From: Octopus sinensis
Lineage: Eukaryota
Direction of reading: 5' to 3'
NCBI RefSeq assembly: GCF_006345805.1
Contig: NC_043003.1
Coordinates: 90,272,001 to 90,336,000 of the forward strand
Length of the DNA: 64,000 bases
In this document: one piece after another, positions 11,301-22,819 of the stretch
Position numbering within the stretch: position 1 is the stretch's first letter
How the letters are laid out: every line of letters starts with the position of its first letter
Position numbers and translations under genes: made by a program
Notes under the pieces: generated by a model
Told to the model about the DNA's origin: nothing
Seen by the model: only the letters and a program-made list of their open reading frames with translations
Database searches by the model: none

Positions 11301-11880
11301 AACTCTGTATTTTTCATGTTGATGGCCGTGAGCATTGGGTGTGTGTTTGTTTTTGAGGTGTTGGTATTGTGTGTGCTAGTGTTGGTGTTCGAAAAGTGTT
11401 CAGGAGTTGTCTATCTCCCTGTTTTGTTTGCATTTGCATTTGGTTTGGTATTTTTCTCGCTCCTCTTCCTCCTTCCTTTTCTGGCTATTTGCTATTCCTC
11501 ACTGCTTTCGTCTTCTGACAAAATTTCTGAGGAATTGGAAGGGAGTAGGGGCATGTTGTAAGCTTCTATGTGCGTTTGTGTAAGTGGTTGTTTTGTTGTT
11601 TTCGTTGAAGTTGGTTGTTGACTGTTTGTAGGGGAAGGGGAATCAGTTTTTGTATTGTCTTTTGGTTAAATAGATAGACGGATGAATTTCTTTCAGATTC
11701 TGTCAACCAAATCCATTCAAAAGGTTTTAGTTTGCCCTGATTGGCCAGGAGCTATAGTAGAAAACACTTGTCCAGGGTGCCACACAGTGGAACTGAATCC
11801 AAAACCGTGTTGTAGGGAAGCAAATCTCTTAACCATATCTGCACAGGCACAGTTTATGTTTTTGTGCTGAAATATTTTCT
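8337..11880 (-). mobile_element. Tx1/L1-group LINE, decayed: ORF1 remnant, APE endonuclease, RT, 3' UTR
   Basis: Endonuclease motifs GCVNAFGL, IAISETRL, IDPEGRLVVLDV, VSVYAP and LVGDWNA (10400-11050). RT motifs GLDGLPYELY, FRPTTLLNADLKIL and NLDQSKAF (9281-9937). The 3' part is homologous to 42578-44130, with an internal deletion near 8775. Confidence 0.85.
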
Positions 11881-12174
11881 TTGTGTTTATAAAACTTAAT
11901 AAACGATCGTACAGTCATTACCTACTTGAAATATTGTTTACAATAATACTTTAATATATAAATGTTTTAATTTTCAATGGGGTATGCATTTCTTGACCTT
12001 TATAAATAACACCCAGTTAGATTTGTTTACTCTGGGGCTGGTCCATGGCTACACAATCCATTCTTTCATAAGTGCAATTCAGTGATTTAGAGTATGTTTC
12101 ACTGACTGGCTGTTCATTGCCATGATAAAACTTCCCTACATATTATTTATTGCATAAGATAATTAATTGCCTAG

Positions 12175-12480
12175 ACATAGTAATCAAGGATTGAAGAAAA
12201 AGGAAACACCTGCTTACTGATAGACATTGCTATCCCTTCTGACCAAAATATCATCTAAAAAGAAGTGGAGAAATAGTCAAAGTACAAAGACTCAAAATTG
12301 AAATATTCAAGATGTGGGGCATGATGGTGAAAATAATACCAGTAATAATTAGACCATTGGGCATGATAAAAAGACATGAACAAAAATGTAAAAGCTATAC
12401 CTGGATCCTCAACACCACACACTATCCCAAAAAAGTAGACCTTCTAGGAACAGCCCACATCTATAACATAACTTAAACAA
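12175..12480 (+). mobile_element. R4/Dong-type RLE C-terminal fragment
   Basis: Manual translation DIVIKD...CLLIDIAIPSDQN...KYKD...MWG...IIPVII, with frameshifts. Confidence 0.6.
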
Positions 12481-13135
12481 AACAATTCACAAACACAAGA
12501 CACACTCTATACAAACAATTATCCAATGAAATAAACTACCACCAGCAAGCTAGATATTCAATATATTACCCACACAACACATAATGCAACCACTAATACA
12601 ATAAAAACTGCCCCACACCTAAAAAAAAAAAACAGAAAAGAAAAGAAACCGACACAATACAATATCAGGAAGAGTTTGCACACTCTCAACAACAACAAAA
12701 AAACACACAATGCTGCACACACACCCAACAACACAGAGGTGTACTAGGTGATGTAGAAATTTACCTAAAACTACCAAATGTTGAACAATGATAATAGTGA
12801 TGATGATGATAGTTGCTTCCATTGATTTAAACATAAGAGTGTTTCAAGGAGAAGATTAACAAAAAAAAAAAAAAAAAAGGAGGGAGAGAGAAAGCAGCTT
12901 TTAAAAATAAAAGAACAAAAGAAACTACGTCCAGGTATGGATTTTGCTGTGAAGGTGCAATGGGAACACTGGTGAATATGATTTTGCTTGGGATTGGGCA
13001 AATGTGTCTGTTAATTGCACAATCTGCATGGTGTAAAATGTGTCATGATGCATGAAAACAATTTGAGTTGAAGAAAAAGAACAATAAAAGAATTATATCC
13101 TGCAAGCAATAACAATAATAACGATGATTTCATTT

Positions 13136-14165
13136 ATTTGCCATTAGGGTGAAGGTGAAGGGGGACAATGCAAAGACAGACACAAAGTGTGAGTGTTTAC
13201 GTACAATGAAAAGATAAAACAAATAAAGAAATAACAAAAAACAAAAGAGTAAGTATACACAGTATACAATGAAAAGGAAGGGAAATTTAAAATAGTATAT
13301 GAAGGTAAAAAAAAAGTTAATGGGGTAATAGAGATGTAGTCCTGATGCAGGAGACCTCTTGGGATAATCAAGGGACCTCACTGTGCAAAATCTCCCTGAA
13401 TGCCAAGGGCAAGTGTTCTCTTCAATTCCCTTTCTCTGATTCACAAGTCTACACTTAGAGAGGTACCATCCACTCTTTCCATTTTCGCAACTTTCACCCA
13501 TCTTTCAATAAACTCACTCGAGGATAGCACTTCCCTCTCCACCCTCAATTTCCTTTTCCAGGGAAACTTGAAGAAGTCAATGAGACCTCTACCAAAGAGG
13601 AATGTATCTGTCCTTATGCTTTTCAGCTTTGTCCACCAGACAACCTCTTTTGCTACAGCCATCAAGCAAAAGAAAACTGCCTTGCTTGCCTGATTAAAGG
13701 AGGGCAATAGGACAATCATCACTATGGACTCAGCCAAGAGACAATACGTTCCACATGTGACACCAGCTGCTTGACATAATCCCACAAGTCAGCAATGTCT
13801 AGACACTGAACAAGTGCATGCGGAACAGTTCCAGCACTCTGCACACTCCCTGGACAAGCTTGTCTGAAAACATATCCATACCTGTAAAGTTTATCTTGAA
13901 CTGGTAGCACCCCCCTCCCCCCAGTAGCACAGCCAGGTCAAGGACATCTGGAAATTATCCATGATGGTTCCCGACTACAAAATCCCCTGGAACAGACTAG
14001 CCAGTTTGTTTTCACTGACACCCAGAGTCTCCTCAAGAATATCATTGCACTTCCACACCACTAATCCTCTATAAATTGCTAAATGGGATCCCTTGATCCC
14101 ATTGCCTGACTGGTAGACGGCTGTGAGCACCTGATGATATTCTAGGTGCTAGGCATCCAGTTTTG
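13136..14165 (-). mobile_element. Tx1/L1-group LINE, 5'-truncated 3' fragment
   Basis: ORF 13441-13785 ends FFKFPWKRKLRVEREVLSSSEFIERWVKVAK; homologous to 42578-44130; AAT repeats on both flanks. Confidence 0.8.
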
Positions 14166-14184
14166 GTCTAATAATAATAATAAC

Positions 14185-14527
14185 AAGAGCACTCAGAGAG
14201 CATAAACTTCCACCAAGGCAACACCAATGTCCTCTCAATGATATATCTAGAGAGGATTTTTAAAATGAGAATATCTGAAATAAACTCGATTGCTCTCACA
14301 AATGAGAATACTAAAAATGAATCCAACCACTCTTAAAAATTAAGTAAAAAAACTGGAAAAATAACTCAGAATTTTTGTCCGGTACTGGATCGATCCCAAA
14401 ATTGAATCACAAGGCCAAACATCTCTGAAAGTTTCATTTAAATTCATCCAACTTGAGATATCTTGTCCCTGGACAAACAAACAAACAAACGTGACTGAAA
14501 ACAATACCTTCGCATTTGCTAAGGTGG
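14185..14527 (-). mobile_element. Non-autonomous repeat resembling Helentron-associated (HINE/DINE-like) elements
   Basis: Minus strand starts accttagcaaatgcgaaggtattgttttcagtcac, contains internal (TTTG)n and a ggatcgatcc motif, and ends ctctgagtgctcttg. Family assignment is from memory only. Confidence 0.4.
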
Positions 14528-14559
14528 AGATAATAATAATAATAATAATAATCATCATC

Positions 14560-14700
14560 ATCGTTTAACGTCCGCTTTCCATGCTAGCATGGGTTGGACG
14601 GTTCAACTGGGGTCTGGCAAGCTCGAAGGCTGCACCAGGCCAGTCAGATCTGGTAGTGTTTCTACAGCTGGATGCCCTTCCTAACGCCAACCACTCCAAA
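14560..14700 (-). repeat. RTE-associated 3'-end/SINE-like repeat with (GAT)n tail
   Basis: cgtttaacgtccgctttccatgctagcatggg...ggatgcccttcctaacgccaacc, recurring at about 35400, 45750, 47180, 48950 and 55550. Confidence 0.7.
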
Positions 14701-14703
14701 AGT

Positions 14704-14768
<65 letters not shown>

Positions 14769-14785
14769 AATAACAATAATGATTA

Positions 14786-16225
14786 AGATGAAGTTTGGAC
14801 TCTCAAAATGTGCTACGATGGTGATGGGATGAGCAAAGCTTTTCAGAACAGAAGGAGTAAGGTTGCCAAGTGGTGAGATGATGAAGGCAATTCAATCTCA
14901 ATCCAGCTATAAATACTTGGGAATACTTGAGGCAGATAGAATTGAGGCACAATGACATGAAAGAAAAAACAAAAAGAGGGTACCTGCAGTGAGTGATAAA
15001 AATATTGGTTTCAAAGCTAAATGCCAGAAACATAATTTCAGCAATAAACTCGTGCGCAGTTGCAGTAGTTTGGTATGATGCTGGAATCCTGAAGTGGACA
15101 AAGGAGGAGCTAAAGAAGATGGACAGGAAGTCAAAAAAGCTTCTAATGATGCATGGGGCCCATTGTCCATATGCGAACACTGATCTCCTATACATGAAGA
15201 GAGCAAATGGAGGAATAGGACTGACAAGTGTGGAAGAATAAGTGCATACCGAACTCGAGAGCTTAGCCCAAAGCAAGGAAATCTTGCTAGTGACAGTTAG
15301 GAAACAGGAAGTATTGAAAGCAGAGAAAAAAAGAAAAACAAAAGAAGAAGAGCAAAAAGGGCATGAAGAAGAATTACGCTAGAAGTGACTGCACAATCAA
15401 TTCCATGCAGCCACAACAGAAGTTGCTGGAAAAAATAGGTGGAATTGGCTGATGAAAGGAACCTTAAAAGAAAAGAGACCGAGAGCACTATACTGGCAGC
15501 TCAAGACCAAGCTTTCGTCATGGACTGGACAGTCAACCTTAGGAATGAGCAAGTGTCTTCACTGTGCCACATCTGCAATAGAATGGATGAAAACATTGCC
15601 CATACCATAAATAAATGCCCTGGACTTGCCCAAAACCACAAGTTGTGGTGACACGATCAGGTAGCGAAAGTGCTACATTGAAAACCATGCAAAATGTGGG
15701 GGCTAGAAAGAGGCAAGACATGGTATGACCACAAACTGCAGAGCACGGCAGAGTTGGAGACTAGTAAAATTTTCTGGGATTTCCCAATCCAAACAGATCA
15801 AGTGCTAGAGCAGAACAGACAGGACCTTGTGGTGGTGGACAAAATGCACCACATATGCTATATTGTTGATATTGCACACCCTTTTGACCCACAAATAGTC
15901 AAGAAGGAAAGTGAAAAGATAGATAAATACAACCCTTTTAAGTACAAAATAGTCTGGCCATGCAAAACGAAGAAGGTGAAGATAGCGCCAATTATTGTTG
16001 GATCCTTGGGAACAGTATCAGAAGGCATCAAGGGGAATATAGATGTAATTGGAATAGAGGGCCCAGCAGAACTGATACAAAAGATTTTCCTCCTTGGCAC
16101 GGCCAGAATAATCAAGAAAGTATTAGATAGCTTAAAATAATGAATAGCATGGTAGCGTAGGCTGCAAGTAGAAAGCCATGATGCGTGTATGATTCCAGGA
16201 GTTTCAACAAAACCTGTGATAAATA
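14786..16225 (+). mobile_element. R4/Dong-type non-LTR retrotransposon, 5'-truncated and decayed, between (AAT)n tracts
   Basis: MKFGLSKCA, YKYLGILE, KLNARNIISAIN, CHICNRMDENIAH and QDLVVVDK...IVDIAHPFD...PIIVGSLG. (AAT)n at 14704-14785 and 16228-16335. Confidence 0.8.
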
Positions 16226-16229
16226 GAGA

Positions 16230-16313
<84 letters not shown>

Positions 16314-16337
16314 TATTATTATTATTATTATTATTAA

Positions 16338-16551
16338 GGTGGTGAGCTGGTAGAATTGTTAGCATGCTGGGCAAAATGCTTAGTGATGTTTCATCCATCT
16401 TTACATTCTGAGTTCAAATTCTGCTGAGGTTGACTTTGTCTTTCATCCTTTTAGGGTTGATAAATTAAGTACCGGTAAAATACTGGGGTAGACATGATTG
16501 ACTAGTCCCCTCCCACCACATTTCAGGCCTTCTACCTTTAGTAGAAAGGAT
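16338..16551 (+). mobile_element. tRNA-derived SINE (dominant family)
   Basis: A-box-like ggtgagctggtagaattgttagc, B-box-like gagttcaaattc, body actttgtctttcatcc, and an (ATT)n tail. Confidence 0.8.
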
Positions 16552-17411
16552 TACTATTATTATTATTGTCAATAATATTATGTACCTGACGCATGTGTTA
16601 TGCTTAAGAGATAGAAATTTTGTTGCTTAAATAAAAATTTTTAATTAGATCTCTTGTAATTTCTGGAAGAGATTTGAAACCACCTCCTATGTGTTGTATT
16701 ACTTCTCAACACCCATGCCTACTGGTTCACCAAAGCAGCAACAATCTTAATGGGAAAATTAAGATACTTAAATTTGACACATGTGTCAAGCAAGGGAGAG
16801 AGGAAGTGAGAAAAAAGAGAGAGTGTGAGAGGGAGTGACTGAATTCCTTTAAATTCCTTTCTATAATTGAACTGAAGTTGACCCCTGGCTGTTAAAGGCC
16901 CAACCACACACACATACACACACACACACATTTGTTTTAGGTTTTCTACCCATTTGAATTCAGCCATACACCAGATAACATGTTAAGTCTTATGTTCTTA
17001 AATTTAAATTTTAGATTTGTTTTAATTATAAAATTACACCTCAGCTAAAAAACATCTTTTGGCTTTTGAATACAACCTTTTCTTTCTCTTTCTATATTTT
17101 TGTTAAGTTACAATTCCTCTGTTTTGGTCAGGATTTTCCCAATTTTTTTCTTTATCAAATAATGGATGAAAGCATTAAAAATAAATTAAATTCATAGAGC
17201 TAAACAAAATCAAAAATATTAATTCTATTTTATCCCTTTCATTAATACTAACAAGAACATAGTATGAGAGAGATTTGGCTGTTATTTCTAGCAAATTGAA
17301 TAACCACACAAAGTTATTCAATTGGCTCATTTGTTGATGTGTATAAATAAACAAAAACTAAAAGACAAACACACACACACACATGTATATATATATGAAC
17401 ATGTTTGTGTT

Positions 17412-17592
17412 TGTACTCCCACTACCATTGCTTGACAACCGATGTTGGTGTGTTTGCATCCCTGTAACTTAGCTGTTCAGCTGTAGAGATTAATTGAATA
17501 AGCACCAGGCTTACAGGGAATAAGTCCAGGGGTCAATTTCTTTGACTAAAGGGTGGTGCTCCAGCATGGCCACCATCAGATGACTGGGAGAA
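17412..17592 (+). repeat. Second SINE-like family, 3' portion
   Basis: gcttgacaaccgatgttggtgtgttt...ggtggtgctccagcatggcc...gtaaaagaataaaag; a related piece lies at about 55205-55300. Confidence 0.5.
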
Positions 17593-17773
17593 GTAAAAGA
17601 ATAAAAGAACATGAGAAAATCATTCCAAAATCACTAAATCAAGAGGGTTCTCTGAATATGTACGATGTATTTTAAGGCTAAATAGTAATTCTATTTACAT
17701 TTGCATAACATATGTTTGGATTATATAGTTATCAGTTTTACCCTTCTTTCTATATTCTGTAACTATTACAATA

Positions 17774-17990
17774 TACTTTTCTACTATAGGCACAAATCCT
17801 GAAATTTTTAGTGGGAAAGGGCCTGTCACTTAGATCAAACCTAGTACGCAACTGGTACTTAATTTATCAACCCTGAAAGGATGAAAGGCAAAGTCGGCCT
17901 CAGCAGAATTTGAACTCAGAACACAAAGACAGATGAAAAACCGCTAAGCATTTCACCCAGCATGCTAATAATTCTGCCAGCTCGCAGCCT
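17774..17990 (-). mobile_element. tRNA-derived SINE (dominant family)
   Basis: Reverse complement of the 16338 family (gaatttgaactcagaa, gctaagcatttc). Confidence 0.8.
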
Positions 17991-18107
17991 TTGACTCACA
18001 ATATAGAAAGATTTCTTATGGCACCAGCACACAATTTACAGATGTTTACAATTTTTATATTTTCCATGAATTTTTCATGGGTCCAGCTAGTTATTATTAT
18101 TATTATT

Positions 18108-20980
18108 CAGTAGTTTTATTTTTATAGCGTGCTTTCACTTCACTACCGAGCACAGCTCTGTGTGCCTTGGGTATGTGCTGTGATTTGTTGTGATGCTCTG
18201 ATGGTTATTGTATGGAAAGTGTTCTGCGTAGGATGTGTGCAGTGCCTAGTAGTGCAATTTTCTGTATGTTATATGTGTTTGTAAGTCCTGGTGTTTTTGT
18301 TATGTATTTGTCTGAATATTTTTTTATGATGCCTAATGCACCTACTATGATAGGAATTGTTTCTGTTTTCAGATTCCACATTCTAGTTACCTCTATTTCC
18401 AGGTCTTTGTATTTTGAGAGTTTCTCCATTTCTTTTAGAGACACGTTGTCATCAGCCGGTATTGATACATCAATTAGAAAGCATTTTTTTTCTTCATGAT
18501 CTCTGACAACTATATCTGGTCTGTTGGCCTTAATTTCTCTATCTGTGTGTATCGGCATATCCCAGAGTATGGTTGCTTTCTCGTTTTCTGTGACCTTTTC
18601 TGGTGTGTGCCTATACCATCTTTTTTCTGTTGTTATTCCATAATGTTGGCATAGCTTCCAATGTATGTAGGTTCCAACTCTGTCATGTCTGTGAATATAT
18701 TCCTTCTTAGCCAAGACTGGGCAGCTAGAGATAATATGATTTATTGTTTCTTGTCCATCTCCACATATTCTGCAGTTACTTGTAATATTTCTTTTCATTA
18801 CATGTTTTTGGTAATTTCTGGTGGGGAGGCTTTGGTCTTGTGCTGCAATTAAAAATCCCTCTGTTTCTGCTTTGAGTCCTGAGCTTCTCAACCATTGCTG
18901 GGATTTTTCTTTGTCTATTTCTTTTGTGTTTAGTTTAGTCCAGTATTTACCATGAAGGGGCTTTTCTTGCCATCGTTTTTTCATGGTTCGTTGCTGTTCT
19001 ATTTTTAGTTTGGATTTCATTTGTTTTATAGCTTTTGTTGTTTCTTCATCTTCTTCTTCTTCTTCTTGTTTATTAGGTGGTATGATTTCTTGTTTGTATT
19101 TGTCAGCTTCCTTAAATACTGAGAACAGTTTTTTGTTTTGCTCGTGTTTTGCCGCTATCTGGATCAGTTTTCCTTCCTTCTGAAGTAGATATTTTTGCAG
19201 TCCTATGGTGGTTATTTTATAGTAGTTTTCCAGCTGTATAAGGCCTCTACCACCTTCTATACGTTGTATATATAGTCTTTCTATGTCAGATTTTGGGTGA
19301 TGCATCCTAGATCCTGTCATTATTTTTCTTGTTTTCCTATCTATTTTGGTCAGTTCATTTCGTGTCCAGTTAAGGATATTGTAGCTGTAACTTATAACTG
19401 GGACAGCTAAAGTGTTGATACCTATTATCTTGTTTTTAGCATTGAGCTCTGTGTTTAGTATTGATCTAACTCGTCTATAATATTCTTTTTTTATTTTCTC
19501 TTTCATTTGTGTGTGTTATGTCTTATCTAGTTCATGGATTCCTAAGTATTTGTAAGTTTGGCTTTGGTCTAATTCTTTTATTTCATTGGTTTTATCTAGT
19601 GTGATGTTGTTACTCTTAACTAGTTTTCCTCTTTTCAGGGTTACTTTGGCGCATTTTTCTAATCCAAATTTCATATCTATTTCTTTGGTAAATCCATGAA
19701 CTGTCTTTAATAGTGTTTCCAGCTGTTTGTCATTTGCAGCGTATAGTTTTAGGTCATCCATATATAAAAGGTGGCTGATCGTTTTGCCGTAACATTTATA
19801 TCCGCATCCAGTTCTATTTAGCATATCAGATAGAGGTGACAGTGCCAAGCAGAAAAGGAGTGGAGAGAGCATGTCTCCCTGGAATATTCCTCTTCTAATG
19901 GGGATGTCTTTGGTTTTCATGAGTCCCTCTTTTGTTTGGAGGTGTAGGACTGTTTGCCATTTATTCATAGAGTGCTCTATGAATTTTATGATTGTTGGTG
20001 CTACTTTGTTAATGGCTAGTGTTTCGAGGATCCATGTGTGGGGGATGCTATCAAACGCCTTTTTGTAGTCAATCCAGGCCATACTGAGGCCTTTCTTCTT
20101 TCTGTGGCTGTCTTCAGTTATGGCTTTATTAATCATTAGTTGATCTTTACAGCCATATGAGCCTTTGCGGCATCCTTTCTGCTCTTCTGGGAACAGTTTG
20201 TTTTCGTCCAGGTGCTTGTTCAGCCTTTGTGATATCACTGCAGTAAATGCCTTGAACATAGTAGGGAGGCAGGTTATTGGTCTGTAGTTTTCTGGTTTTT
20301 CTGTTTCATTTGATTTGGGAATTAAGATGGTTTTCCCCTTCGTGAGCCATTCAGGCATTGTCTCTGGCTCTGCTAGTACGTTGTTAAAGTTTTCAGCCAG
20401 CTTTTTGTGCATTCCTGTTAGATATTTCAACCAGAAGTTGGGGATCTTATCATGCCCAGGTGCCTTCCAGTTGCTTAGTCTTTGCAGTGCCTGGGTGATC
20501 TCTTCAGTTGTTATGGGGGTCCAAAGTTGTTCAGATGCCGAGTTTGTTATTCTGATACTCCTTTTTTTGGTGGTTCGTTCGCCGACCATATTTCTCCCCA
20601 GAATTCTTCCAATTCTTCTGCCGTTGGTGCTGCAGTGACTTCTATTTTATTTTTTCCCAGTTCTTGGTAGAACTTTTTGGGGTTGGAGTTGAACTTTTTG
20701 TTTTCTTCAAAGAAGCGTTGGCGTTTCTTGTACCGGCGGATCCTTTGTGCTTTGGCAAGGATATCTTGCTTCAGCTTTTCTTTTATTTCAGGCAAATCTT
20801 TCTCTGTGATGTTATATTTGCGGAGTATTTTTGTTCTCTTTTTGTTGCTCAGTAGCGTTGATTGTTTGCTGATTTCATTAAGAATCGACAGGTCTTTTCT
20901 AATTTTTTTTATTTTGCTTTGGATGTTATTTATCCACAGGGTTTGTTTGGGTGGTGGTACTCCTGTTTGGGCGGGTTTGG
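18108..20980 (-). mobile_element. R4/Dong-type non-LTR retrotransposon, 5'-truncated and nearly intact (RT, CCHC finger, RLE)
   Basis: RT motifs KAPGHDKIPNFWLK, YRPITCL, AWIDYKKAFDSIPH, GIFQGDMLSPLLFCL, LYMDDLKLY and YKYLG. CCHC finger CRICGDGQETINHIISSC; RLE RHDRV and RPDIVV. Only one in-frame TAA (19516-19518) and one frameshift (near 20570). Ends in (AAT)n. Confidence 0.9.
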
Positions 20981-21106
20981 GTGAGTATCCCGGGTATTTG
21001 GGTGATGTAATCGACTCCCCCTCCCCAAATTGCTGCCCTTATGCCAAAATTTGAAACCATTATTATTATTATTATTATTATTATTATCATCATCATCATC
21101 ACCACC

Positions 21107-21140
<34 letters not shown>

Positions 21141-21164
21141 TTATCATCATCATAATTATTATTC

Positions 21165-22764
21165 AGTAGTTTTATTTTTATAACATGCTTTCACTTCACT
21201 ACTGAGCGCAGCTCTGTGTGCCTTGGGTATGTGCTGTGGATTGCTGTGATGCTCTGATGGTTACTATATTGGAAGTGTTTTGCATAGGATGTGTGCAGTG
21301 TCTAGTAGTGCAATTTTCTGTTTGTTATATGTGTTTGTAAGTCCTGTTGTTTTTGTTATGTATTTGTTTGAATATTTTTTTATCATACCTAATGCACCCA
21401 CTAGGAATTGTTTCTGTTTTTAGATTCCACATTCGAGTTACCTCTATTTCTAGGTCTTAGTATTTTGAAAGTCTCTCCATTTCTTTTAGAGAAACGTTGT
21501 CATCTGCTGGTATTCATACATCAATTAGAAAGCTTTTTTTTTCTTCATGATCTCTGACAGCTATATCTGGCCTTAATTTCTCTATCTGTGTGTATTAGCA
21601 TATCCCATAGTATGGTTACTTTCTCATTTTCTGTGACCTTTTCTGGCATGTGCTTATACCATCTTCTTTTTTGTTGTTATTCCATAGTGTTGGTATAGCT
21701 TCCAGTGTATGTAGGTCCCAACTCTGTCGTGTCTGTGAATATATTCCTTCTTAGCCAGGATTGGGCAACTAGAGATAATATGATTTATTGTTTCTTGTCC
21801 ATCTCCACATATTCTGTGGTTACTTCTTATGTTTCTTTTCATATGTTTTTGGTAATTTCTGGTGGGGAGGCTTTGGTCTTGTGCTGCAATTAAAAATCCC
21901 TCTGTCTCTGCTTTGAGTCTTGAGCTTCTCAACCATTGCTGGGATTTTTCTCTGTCTATTTCTTTTGTGTTTAGTTTAGCCCAGTATTTGCCATGAAGGG
22001 GCTTTTCTTGCTATCGTTTTATCAAGGTCCGTTGCTGTTCTAGTTTTAGTTTGGATTTCATTTGTTTTATAGCTTCTTCTTCTTCTTCTTCTTCTTCTTC
22101 TTCTTCTTCTTCTTCTTCTTCTTCTTCTTCTTCTTCTTCTTCTTCTTCTTCTTCTTCTTCTTCATATTTGTTGGGTAGTATAACTTCTTGTTTGTATTTG
22201 TCAGCTTCCTTAAATATTGAAAACAGTTTTTTGTTTTGCTTGTGTTTTGGCTATTTGTATTAGTTTTCCTTGCTTCTGAAGTAGGTATTTTTGCTGTCTT
22301 ATGGTGGCTATTTTATAATAGTTTTCCAGCTGTATAAGGCTTCTACCACCTTCTATACATTGTATATATTGAAACTGTAAGTCATGACTGGTATGGCTAA
22401 AGCATTGATCGCTTCGATCCTGTTTCTCGCATTCAGCTCTGTCTTGAGTATTGCTCTTACTCTGCGATAACATTCTCTCCTGATCCTTTCCTTCATCACT
22501 GAATGCCTTATTCTCTCCCCTTCAATTACCCCTAGGTACTTGTAGCTCTCCCCTGGGTCTAATTCTTTTATGACATTCTGCTGGTCAAGGTTAACATTAG
22601 ATGTTTCTGTCATTTTTCCTTTGATAAAGGTAGCTTTTGCACATTTATCGAGGCCAAATTGCATTCTGATGTCATCACTGAATTGTTTAACAATCGCTAG
22701 TAAGCCCTTGAGTTGTTGGTCATTTTTTGCAAAGAGCTTTAAATCATCCATGTAAATGAGATGA

Positions 22765-22765
<1 letters not shown>
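21165..22765 (-). mobile_element. Second R4/Dong-type copy, decayed and chimeric
   Basis: 21165-22370 closely matches the 3' part of the 18108 element; 22370-22765 (MDDLKLFAKNDQQL...YKYLGVIEG) is a divergent relative. Flanked by AAT/CAT repeats. Confidence 0.8.
22073..22163. repeat. (TTC)n microsatellite inside the retroelement ORF
   Basis: About 30 perfect TTC units; the orthologous site in the 18108 element (about 19043-19068) has only a few. Confidence 0.95.
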
Positions 22766-22818
<53 letters not shown>

Positions 22819-22819
22819 T

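Noticed and set aside
11895-11915. AAACGATCGTAC, identical to the hammerhead stem III region at 46379-46390
   Set aside because: No CTGANGA core, no GAAA and no stem II nearby; at most a decayed remnant.
16338-16420. tRNA-like A and B boxes, here and in other copies
   Set aside because: Heads of SINEs; no complete cloverleaf, so not called as tRNA genes.
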